This document shows positions 53,886 to 64,000 of a stretch of 64,000 nt of DNA, in pieces. Source of the DNA: Dicyema japonicum (Eukaryota > Animalia > Dicyemida). Location: NCBI GenBank assembly GCA_011109175.1, contig RDEW01000013.1, forward strand, positions 103,476-167,475, read 5' to 3'. A program made the translations under genes and the position numbers. The notes below the pieces were generated by a model. The model saw nothing but the letters and a program-made list of their open reading frames with translations, made no database searches and had not been told where the DNA came from. Numbering within the stretch: the first letter of the stretch is position 1; each line of letters opens with the position of its first letter.

Positions 53886-54200
53886 TTTATTTATTAACCC
53901 CGGATACACTGAGAAAGAAGTTAAAGTAAACAACTAATTAAATTTATCCAGTTTCCACTTCTACAGAAAGAGTCCATCCGGAATCAGCATAAAAGGTAAA
54001 AGACGTCCATAGTTGCAGTTGTGGAAACCCCTCCAGTGAAGTGGGAAAACCAAATGATTCTTTTTCGTGCCGGCCTGGCACTGGGCGCCACCTAGACAGG
54101 TGGATCACATGACGCCACTCTAATAAGAAGAGAGAGGAGGAACATACGAACAAAACAAAAACTTGAATCAATTAGCCACAAAGCACCACACGCCACGAGG
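53886..54200 (-). mobile_element. SINE family A copy (near full length)
   Basis: Reverse complement of family; lies between divergently oriented RacGAP-like and NEMF genes. Confidence 0.9.
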
Positions 54201-54342
54201 CTATTTTCAAAATTTACTTTTTATGTAATGATTGCGCATTTTATAGATTTAATAAAATATAATGTTGATTTAAATTATTATTAAATTTATTAAAATTTAA
54301 AAAAATAATAAAAAGTAAATTTAAATTTTGTATTCACGTGCA

Positions 54343-57300
54343 ATGAAGCAGATATTTACAACCTTAGACTTAATAGTGATATTAAAAGAACTTAGAAACA
54401 AGTATATACATAACTTTCATTGACAGAATTATTGGTTTGCGACCAGACAAAATATATGACGTCGACAAGAAAACATACTATATTAAGTTCCAAGGGTTTA
54501 GTATAAACTAAATATTAAAGTTGTGACAAAAATATCCTCGTGATTGAATCTGGGAAGAGAATCCACCTAACCAATTTTGGTTGGCCAAAAAATTCCACAC
54601 CTTCGCCTGTCACAATGAAGGTCTTAACCTTAAATATCATTAGTTGAGAAAGAACATTGGGACAGCACGTGTTGAGTTGGTGGATCAATTGGGATATGAC
54701 AGAGTCGTGGATTTACAATTTGGAAGTAATGAGTACTCTAAGCACTTAATAATAGAATTGTTCGACCAGGTTTGCCCTCCCATATAATTTTAGGGCAACC
54801 TAATATTGACCAACCATGAATATACCATTATCATGATTCTGAGGTCGAGGAAAACCGCGGAATTACTGTTGGCTGCAAATATGACATTACAACCTATAAA
54901 CAGTTTCTTCACGGACTGCCCACTGAAAAGTAAATTATTGAGTTTTTTATCGATTTTCAATAATCTTTACTTTTTCAGATTGGAAGACATTGTAAACTCA
55001 GCCGGAGACAAAGATCAGGTCAAGAGATTATTCAACCCTTATCTACGTATTTGTTGAACTAACTCCCAGCTTATGGATCACCATATTTGAACATATTCTT
55101 CTCGTACATTCACTTCCAACCACAGTTGGATCTCTAAAAGCCACAGACAACTGTAATCTAAGTCACTTAAGTAGACATTGCAACCCTAAAGGATGTGGTC
55201 AATGAGGCAAAAGAACTGTTCTCTGAACTTATCAACAGAGAAAATCCCCTCGGTTTTGTCGTGCATTCAAAACATTCTACAGAATCTGACGTTATGTAAG
55301 TTTTGCGGCTGACTTAGATTTAATGATTTTATTCCTTACTTATTTTCCCAATTTGAGAGTCTCCAGGTTACAAAAACCGCTACTTTCAATGATGTATTCA
55401 TATATCTGACTTTGAGGCTGTGGATCAGTTTTACTCAAACCTTGAAAACGACAAGCTTACCAAGAGTGCCAGAAACATGGTATTTTTCTAATTTATACCA
55501 TAGGAAACTGCTGGAAGGAAGAAAAGCGAAAAGATCATCGCGGATCACAAACATCGAGTAGCCCTGCTCAAGGAATCTCAGGTTTACCTTTTATGTTATA
55601 TCCAGGATATTAACCTCCGGAAAGCGGTTCTTATCGAGGATAACGTCGAATTGGTTTGCAGTTTAAGAACTAGGTTGATGAGATCTCGAAGGAAATACTG
55701 CGGGGACTGTCTGACGGATTCAGTTGGGAGGATATTTGCAGTTATGTTGAGGAATATTCCGAAATCTTTCCGTTTAATCACGTAAAACAGATTAAATTTG
55801 AGTCAAACTCAGTCGTGGTTCATTTGACGAGGTAAATCAAGTGATTTATTTTTAGTGAGGACGTAGAGCCTCTTGATGTGATATCGATTTGTCCATCTCA
55901 GCATTTTGCAAATGCTAGAAAGTTTGTTGTAGCTATTATTTTAGTTATTACCAGATTAAGAAAGATCTGGTTCAGAAGGAACTGAAGACGGTCAACTCAA
56001 CTCAAAAAGTTGTCTTTATGATTTACAAGGCCTTGGAATCTGCTCAGGAAAAGGCGAAAAAATCGTTTAAAAATGCCGAATTAGTTAAAATAATCACCAA
56101 AATTAGAAAACCTTTTTGGTTTGTCTGTGAGGATTAACTTTAAGGTTCGAGAAGTTCAAATGGTTTATCTCTAGCGACAATCTGGTGGTTGTTGCTGGGT
56201 GTGACCAACAGCAGAATGAACTCATCGTTAGTCGATATTTGAAAGAAAGAGATATCTTTGTCCATGCAGATCTCTCTGGCGCTCCAGTTGTTGTGGTAAA
56301 GGGTGGGAAAATCTGGCCTATTCCCCCTCGAACTTTGGAAGAGGCAGGTAGCATGGCTGTGTGTCTGACATCTGCCTGGGAGTCCAAAATTAGTGTGGAA
56401 GCTTTTTGGGTTTATAATAGACAGGTGGGTGCATTAACTGATCCCTAAGGTATCCAAAACGCCTCCCAGTGGAGAGTACTTGTCTACTGGAAGTTTCATG
56501 ATAAGCGGGAAGAAGAATATGATCCCCACTTCCCGGCTTGTCTACGGATTCGGAATCATTTTTAAGACGTCAAGGATTGATGACACTGAGGAGAATAGTC
56601 TCAAAATAGGGAATGAGGAATTGGAGAAAGTTGAGAACAATGGAGAGGTCACTAAAGAGTTATTGGATGATGTTGAGTGCGAAAATGATAATAATTCCTT
56701 GATGAGCGAAGGGAGTGAATCCGAGAAAATTAGTGAGAATGATGACTTGTGGGCCAAAAATGATGCAGAAATGACTGAATTTATACTTTCTTCTCGACCT
56801 TTGATCGCTGAATCGGGCAATGTCAAAATAAGTCAGTCTGTTGATGAAAAGATAAAAGCTGATAAAGTTAACAAAAACTGGAGTAAAGTACTTTGTGAAT
56901 AATATTTTTAGGCAAAAAAGCGTAAATTTATGAAAAAATATAACGACCAGATGAACATGATCGAGCACTGAATATGGCTATTCTTGGAGTAGTTTATGAC
57001 TAACTTGTAGAGTTGTGGGGAACCGAAGGAAAGGAAAAACAAAAAACAGGAAAGACAACAGAAGGCTCAAGTTGCTCGTTTGCACCACCAAAAACGATTG
57101 GAAGAAAGACAGGCGAAAGCTTCCGCAGGGGTCACTCAAACAACATTTAAGCAAGATGACAGAGTATAGTAGGTTTATTTATAGCAGCCAATTGAATGTG
57201 AATCTCTTATGTCCTTGACTACTTTTCCTGCTGAGGGAGAAGAACTTCTTTATGCGATCCCTGTGTGTGCTCCTTATTCCGCACTTTCGAATTATAAGTA

Positions 57301-57564
57301 TTATTTTTGAAATATTTAGGTTTAAACTGAAACTCATTCACGGTCCTGTAAAGAGGGGAAAGGGTCTGTTTGTTTTTATATATTTAGCATGCAAACAAGC
57401 TTTGAATATTTTGATGAATGATAAGACTGCGAGTGAGGTTGAGAGGAACATGATGAAGACTCTTTTGGTTGTTTTTCTACTTTACTTGAGGATGTTGACT
57501 TGTCTAAAAGTGCACCTTCGTGTCTCAAGGTGGTTTATAAACCTTCCAGTTTAAGAAAAAATAA
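54343..57564 (+). CDS. NEMF: Nuclear export mediator factor / Rqc2 (ribosome quality control)
   Basis: MKQIFTTLDL..IYDVDKKTY..IESGKRIH..WPKN..DRVVDLQFGS; FEKFKWFISSDN.LVVAGCDQQQNELIVSRY..HADLSGA; STGSFMISGKKN; many micro-introns. Stop assumes an A6>A7 correction, otherwise 57610. Confidence 0.93.
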
Positions 57565-57644
57565 TTTTTATATTTGTGATTATTCTTTTATTTTTTTTCA
57601 ATTTAAATGATTTTAGTTTTAAGTTGTGGTTACATTTATTTAGA

Positions 57645-57800
57645 ATCCCGGGATCACAGATAAAGAAAGACTGAAAAAACTTTAGACAGTTAGGTAATCA
57701 CAGTTCCCGCCATCGAATGAGCAATCCAACGTCTGTGGTCTCCCATCGTTCCCACTACGAGCTATGATGGCCTAGAGAGCTACTGGGAATGGACATTATA
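57645..57800 (-). mobile_element. LINE 3' end with terminal hairpin (pair of 12240-12370)
   Basis: AGACAGTTAGGTAAT..CAGTTCCCGC..ATCCAACGTCT.TGGTCTC shared with 12298-12360. Confidence 0.75.
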
Positions 57801-57989
57801 GGTGGAATGCCCACGATCTTTCGGTAGCCGGAGCATTTTAAATTGATTTGAGTTGGTAAATACTCGTATGGGACTGCACTGTTGTGGATTCCTTCTTGAA
57901 CTCGATGATTTTCACCTCGACGCTGTCTCTTGGATCGGCAGTTGATTTGGCCGAGAAAATAAAGATTAAAAATATGGCTAAATTGTATA

Positions 57990-58210
57990 CCGCTTTCGTT
58001 TTGTACCGGTGGCAATCGAAACATCTGGTCCTGTGGGAAATATCACAGCCTCTTTCCTGAAGGAAATCGAGGGGAAATTGGCCCATCGTAAGAAAGGTCT
58101 GGCTGAGGAACGAATTGGGATTGCAGTTGTCCGCGGAAACGCTTACACCGTAATTTCAGCAGCCGCTCTTCCCGTTGTTGTTGTAAATAATATTTTATTG
58201 TTTAATAAAA
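57990..58210 (+). mobile_element. CRE-like 3' fragment
   Basis: AIETSGPVG..FLKEI..RIGIAVVRGNAYTVISAAALP. Confidence 0.85.
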
Positions 58211-58382
58211 CGTGTTTTAGTAAAACAAAGTTGGTAAATGTCAAAACATTCTGTATTCCACTGCTTAGATAACTTTCACATGTTGGTAGTAAATCAGGAT
58301 TTAGGACGGGTCCCTCTTAGAAGCGTCTTTTTGGAACTTTTATATAACTAATTCGGAATAGTTTGACTGTAGAAATTTACTA

Positions 58383-58652
58383 ATTAACCCCGGATACACC
58401 GAGAAAGAAGTTAAAGTGAACAACTAATTAAGTGTATCCAGTTTCCACTTCTACAGAAACAGAGTCCATCCGGAATCAGCATAAAAGGTAAGACGTCCAT
58501 TAAATGCACTTGTGGAAACCCCTCCAGTGTAGTGGGGAAGAGCAAATGATCCTTTTTCGTGCCGGCCTGGCACTGGGCGTCACCTAGACAGGTGGATCAC
58601 ATGACGCCACTCTATTAGGAAAGAGAGAAGAGGAACAGACAAGCAAGCAGAA
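58383..58652 (-). mobile_element. SINE family A copy, 5'-truncated
   Basis: Reverse complement with intact 3' hairpin GGATACAC/GTGTATCC. Confidence 0.9.
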
Positions 58653-59228
58653 AATTGTAGAAATGACATTGATTGCATTAATTACTATAAAACATTATAT
58701 TGCAAATGTGTTAAAATAATATGTCACAGTCTGATAAATCGTCACTGTTCAAAGATTGAATTAAAAATATTAAGAATATTTAAAAACCATTGGAATTTAC
58801 AAATTGTATTAATTGAGAAATAAAATATCTATAAAATTAATTTATTAAATTTTTTTAAATAAAGATATACCATATATTGATTTTGTTGCAGGAAAGTGAT
58901 TTTTCCACACTTCATGTTGTGTTTACGAGGATATGGAGCAACGTATAGGAATTTTCCCCCTACCCGTTAGGGGTAAATTCTGGAAAGTGCGTACATACGT
59001 TAAACGGCTTTAATAGTTAAATCGATTTTGCGGCTCATTCTCAGCCTAACCTCATTTAGAACCGAACAATAATTAATTACTATATTTATTAAAAACAAAA
59101 CAAGACATTAGTTTTTTTATTTATTGATAAATAAATCTGTCATTTTCATGTTATTTGTTCTTTTTAGTGAATGCACAATATCTGCTTTAAATCTTTTAAC
59201 AACTTTTTAATAACGAATAACGTGCAAT

Positions 59229-59525
59229 AGCCGCGTGGCACCATGTGGTGCTTCGTGGCTAATTGGTTGAAGTTTCTGTTTGTTCGTCTGTTCCTCCTCT
59301 CTTTCTATTAGAGTGGCATCATGTGATCCACCTGCCTAGGTGGCGCCCAGTGCCTGGCTGCACGAAAAGAATTATTTGCTCTCCCCCACTCCACAACTTC
59401 AAGTATGGACGTCTTTTACCTTTTATGTTGATTCCGGATGGACTCTGTAGAAATGGAAACTGGATACACTTAATTGGTTGTTTACTTTAACTTCTTTCTC
59501 GGTGTATCCGGAGTTAATAAATAAA
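59229..59525 (+). mobile_element. SINE family A copy, full length
   Basis: GCCGCGTGGCACCATGTGG head through GGATACACTTAATTGGTT...GGTGTATCCGGAGTTAATAAATAAA. Confidence 0.9.
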
Positions 59526-60734
59526 CAACATTTTTAGGAGTTTCTTGTTTGACTACATTAGAACGCACTGTGAAAGCACGTTCCGTATCTTTCATGACTT
59601 TATCCTCTAAACACCTCCCTGTTATCTTCAGTAAATCATCATAAAAGGTCTCTAAATTTTCATTTTCCAATTATATCATAATTAATTGGACTGTTTTCGT
59701 TATCATGTTGATTTCTAGTGTCATTAAATCCATCTTCCAAGGCCTTTTCAAAAACAATTTCGTAAAAACTTAATAAACTTCTATATTTAATTGGTACCCA
59801 TTTACCCAATTTTACGTATAGCAGCCTTTACAATATTTCTTCCCTTTTCAGTCGGACTTCATTTAGAGATGCCATGCTTCTCACAATTTAACTATCAATA
59901 TTATTAATTAAAATTTAAATTAAATTTTCAGTCGAATTGTTTTAATTAAAATATTTCATTAATATCTGAATTCAAAAATTGTATTAAATTCTAATTAAAT
60001 AAATTGTTAACCTCACTGACTTAATCGTGTTGCTTCTCACGTTATCCATTGAGATTAACTGGAAGAAGGTGAACCAGTCAAGAAGTCCTTGGCATTTATT
60101 CTCTTTAACCTTTCCGCCTTCCTTGCAGCAGATAGTACTTTTACCGCGTTCCGGATGATGCTAGTAAGAGAGTGGGAGTCGACTTATGTGCCATTCATAC
60201 TTATCCGCCTTGAGCTACACATTCTCAAGAAACAAGCTGCATCAGAAATTAAATGCTTTAGTTGTTGAGTTGAAAAGGGTTCCTCAAAAGAGAAGGAGAT
60301 TATTTGCTTTCAGAGTCTCTTCAATACCTACCTTTATAAAGGGGCATCTAAGTGCTTCGAGATGGGTGACTAAGAAAGTGGTCGGCAACCTGGCTCTGAG
60401 TTTTTTATGTGGCTCTTTCAATTAACGCGAAGCCTCATCGATCTGAAAATCGTGGGTTCGAATCCGAAGAATGGAGTTTTTAACGAAGTTCAATCCTTGT
60501 CAAACAGATCCCACCCATGAGGCGACGAGTCCTTCTTGCACGATGCAGTTGTTAAAAAGGATCTTCCTACCTTTCTCCTGACCAAATCTTCTGATGAAGA
60601 CAACATTATGAAAACTATTCCGCCAAAGAATGAAATGATGTCCCCGTGGTAGGACGTGCGACAAAATGGAAGAGAGCGGACCTACTTCTCCACCTCTCTT
60701 CGGAAGTGGAAGCCTGTAATAAAGTATTGAAAGA

Positions 60735-60920
60735 TGGATTTGGTGAATACATGAAATCCTGTTTTCTAAAATTGTCACAACAACTATTCCAAAATTTTAC
60801 GAATAAAACAGAGATTTTAAATCAAATTAAAAATACACCGTTATCCGCAAAAACAATTGCAAATAGAACGAATAAGATGTCTTCCAATGTGGCGAATCAA
60901 TTTGGATTCTTGTCTTAAAA
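60735..60920 (+). mobile_element. hAT (GTF2IRD2-type) transposase fragment
   Basis: GEYMKSCFLKLSQQLF..IKNTPLSAKTIANRTNKMS (PLSxxTIxRR motif). Confidence 0.75.
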
Positions 60921-61547
60921 ATGACGACCCAGACGTAACACTATTGGCGAAGGAAATGCAGGGTCAATTCTCTCATTAATTAGATTAAATATATTTTTGT
61001 TATGTTTTATTATTTTAAAAAGTGGCTTTTTTAATTGTCAAAAACCCAAAAATTGACTCTTTGGTTTATAATGTTCCCGACCCCGGGATTAAGATATCAG
61101 ATGCCTTGAGAATAAAAAATGAGGTCCTTGAGATGTCTTGGACTGAGAGAATCAAACCATCAACTGCTGATTTGGTGATCTCGGACGTCCACTTCAGAGA
61201 GCGCTTATCTATGACAGGGGATCTGTTGGTCGTTTATGGGAGTTGAATGGTGTGTGGGTCTTTCTTGATGCTTGTTTATGTATTTTTGGATATGAGGTGT
61301 GTTCTTTCAGGATAACAGGAAAACTTTTTTACTTATATTAGTTTGAATTTATTTAAAAATATATAATTTTTTTAAACATTTTTAATAAATAATATTTAAT
61401 ATTAATTAAAAAACAGAGACGTAACAAATTGTGGTTTTACTGCCGAGAAACAGTGGAGATTTTCGTGGACGATGCTTATTCTTATGCGCGTTTTAACTAT
61501 TAGATCGGTAAAATATTTAGCTTGGGCATATAAAAAGGGTTTTACGT

Positions 61548-62996
61548 TTATTTCAAGTTTAAAAATAAGTCATTTTCTGTGCCCCCACGATAACTTTCTT
61601 TTTTGGTACAGTTATCGCGTTGGTTAGATTTATTAGAGTCATTATCGTCCTTTAAATCGCAACATTTTTCGGTAATTTCGTTTATCGAGCAATTACCATC
61701 CTTTGAGTCACTAGTCACTGTGGAATTTTCCGAATGCCCACTTCCACCAGTTTGATTGAAAATGTGATAGAAATGTTGTTGCTGCAGAAAATTCATGAAA
61801 TATTGCATATTTTGTAGGATAAGCGGGTTAAAAAAATTCCAACTCATATTCTGCGTAGGCAGTATGTTGTGATGTGAAAGGGGTACAGTGAATTATTCTC
61901 AGTAATCATAGTCTGCGACTGGGATCTCTCGATAGGCACTCTTTTGGGGAGTTCTTAGTTGTACAGTTTCCCTGGACAGAATTCTCCGACTCAGTATCCC
62001 CATTACGGATACGTTTCTTTGATTCAGAATTTTGGTTTCTGCGAATGAAACCAAATATTACTTTCTTTCCATGATCTTTTTGAATCCACGTGCAAATGGG
62101 TTATTTTCTATTTTCAAATGGACAATCTAAAAAGAATCAATTAAACTTATTAATGTCAATTATAATAAATTGCTTTGACATTTCAAAGTCTTCGCTAAAA
62201 TCAAAGCTTTTCGCTAAGTTGTTGGCTCACCTTGGGGTTCTGGTAGGCTGTTACTGCAATGAACTCTGTAATGGGAAGAAGAACTTTTCTGTAGGGGACA
62301 AAGGGACTCTGAGTCGAGTGTTTGACCACGTGTACTCTAAGACAGTACTTTCTCATTGAAATTACAGATATCTAATATATTATTTGCTATATACAAGTCC
62401 ATATTTACGTCTGAGGCTGTTGGTGAGTTTCAGTTTGTTGAAGTTGATGGAGGTCTTCTCCCAGTGTTCCAGTTTGGCGGGGACTCAATGCTCCAGGTTA
62501 TGTCATTTTTTATCCCCTCTTCATTGGAACCTGCTGAAAAGTTGAGAGTTTGCCATCCACCTTCGTCAGGGACATATTTATATCGATGATCCCCCATTTG
62601 TACAACGTCCACCCCGAATGAATAGTACTCGTTTGTATTTAAACATGTCGATTCAATTTTGATTGAAATAGGCGGGAAAATTCGTCTACAAATTACCCCA
62701 ATTAACTCAATTAAGTAATATTAACCTAATAATTGCTGCACATATTAAATTTAATAGTTTTAGTACCTCCCATTTTTTGTGACAATCATCTCATTCACAT
62801 GCTCGTTGAACTGTTCCCACACGTGCTGATTCGTCAAAGTTATTTGTATATTTTTCATATTTGTGTCATTTTCATTATCATTCGCACAGTGATTGACATA
62901 AGAACTGTAAAACTCGTTTTGGGAGGTTGCAATCATTTTCATGGCAGGGTCCATTCCAAAACAGCCAGTTGCTAGAATTTTGAGATTTCTGCGCAT
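61548..62996 (-). CDS. Divergent T-box transcription factor; apparent 1-nt shift at 62479-62482; C-terminal exon structure uncertain
   Basis: [74 protein letters not shown]; introns 62686-62766 (81), 62372-62394 (23), 62127-62230 (104). Confidence 0.9.
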
Positions 62997-63039
62997 TGCA
63001 CCGTTGATATTAACGAATATTCATGCTTCCATCAATAAC

Positions 63040-63900
63040 ACTTAACTTTCATTAACAATCCATCATTTCAGTTCTACGTTCAAGAAATTGCAAAAATCTG
63101 TCAAAAATCAAATTACCAAATAAAAGCTGTGGTTATATCAGATTCAACACACAAGCGGGGAGTAATAAAATGACAATTATTCACAGTTTTAGAGAATACC
63201 TGCAAATATCTTAGACGACTCGGATAATTAATGTTCACTAATTTGCTGGGACACTCAAAAAACTTACTCAAAAATTAATAAAATTAAGTGTTTTCCATTT
63301 CTAAGTATTTTTAATCTTATTTGGAGTAGTTTCAAATTAGTTTACAGAAAATTACAATTCCAAGACAAATCAGGCTTCAGCAGCCAAGGACAGTGACCTT
63401 CACTATGCCAGTCCCAGGCGCTGGGAACCGCATCTCGGAAGTAAATCCAATTTGGTAGCTTGAAACTTTGTGGACTGACTAATAGTCCACAGATTCATTT
63501 TTAACTAAGGCCATTTGTTTGAGAATTTTATTTGATTACTGTGAGCATGGGGTAATTCCTAACCCTTCAAAGTGATAGTATTCGACAGCCATTTCCTGAT
63601 GAATATTATAATAAATTGATTTTGTCTACACTTCACCATTTAAAGGAATATTTAATAAATTTAGTTTACACAGATATCCTTATTTTCATGAACAAATGAG
63701 GCCCTCCGAGTTCTGCACAGATCCACCTGTCGGATCTCTGGCTTTGACGTTTCGCTAGCCACCGGTTTCTTTCACTAAAGGGACCGGAAATGAATAAATA
63801 GAGTCTGTAGTCCTGGTACTCCCTCTCTTGACTGTGGGGAAATACACTCAAATAACCAACGTTTAAGGAGGGCGAGAGGTCATTCGATATTCTCCCAGTA
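63040..63900 (-). CDS. Hypothetical micro-intron gene (orphan), 5' part unresolved
   Basis: Three frame-preserving GT-AG introns (~30, 22, 71 nt) give LPNWIYFRDAVPSAWDWHSEGHCPWLLKPDLSWNCNFL-LKILRNGKHLILLIFD-KLVNINYPSRLRYLQ-LLFGNLIFDRFLQFLERRTEMMDC*. Confidence 0.45.
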
Positions 63901-64000
63901 TAACTACAAGATTAATTGAATAAAATACATTTTCTTAAAAATTGTTTACTGGGTTTTCAATTTAAGGAATCCACAATATTTTTGAATTTATCCTTTTTCC

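Overview
AT-rich eukaryotic (metazoan) nuclear DNA. Compact protein-coding genes are broken by very short GT-AG introns (mostly 20-30 nt), so the ORF track misses or mis-frames most real genes. By splicing manually I reconstruct: NUP133, DYNC2LI1, an SLC25A42-type mitochondrial carrier, a kinase-domain-only HIPK, PFDN5, DNAI1, a RACGAP1-like GAP with Lys at the arginine finger, NEMF, a MED28-like gene, a divergent T-box gene, two inverted paralogs of a secreted tandem C-type lectin, and two or three orphan micro-intron genes. Standard code, micro-introns, a T-box gene and motile-cilium/IFT genes together point to a dicyemid mesozoan (inference). The rest is mostly decayed mobile DNA: about 11 CRE-clade fragments, RTE (one near-intact, two BovB-like tails), I/Jockey-group LINEs, an R4/Dong-like fragment, a CR1/L2-like LINE with a decayed 2A motif, Tc1, pogo/Tigger and hAT remnants, and at least two tRNA-like SINE families. 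Most notable: a 1.9-kb inverted duplication carrying the lectin gene around a 9.6-kb loop; a SINE and LINE ends sharing a covarying 3' hairpin; a probable pseudo-GAP; recurrent 1-nt frameshifts at G4/C4 runs (probably assembly error); and an excess of CACGTG. No CRISPR, rRNA or convincing tRNA gene was seen. All homology calls come from motif recognition, not database searches. Repeat boundaries are approximate.
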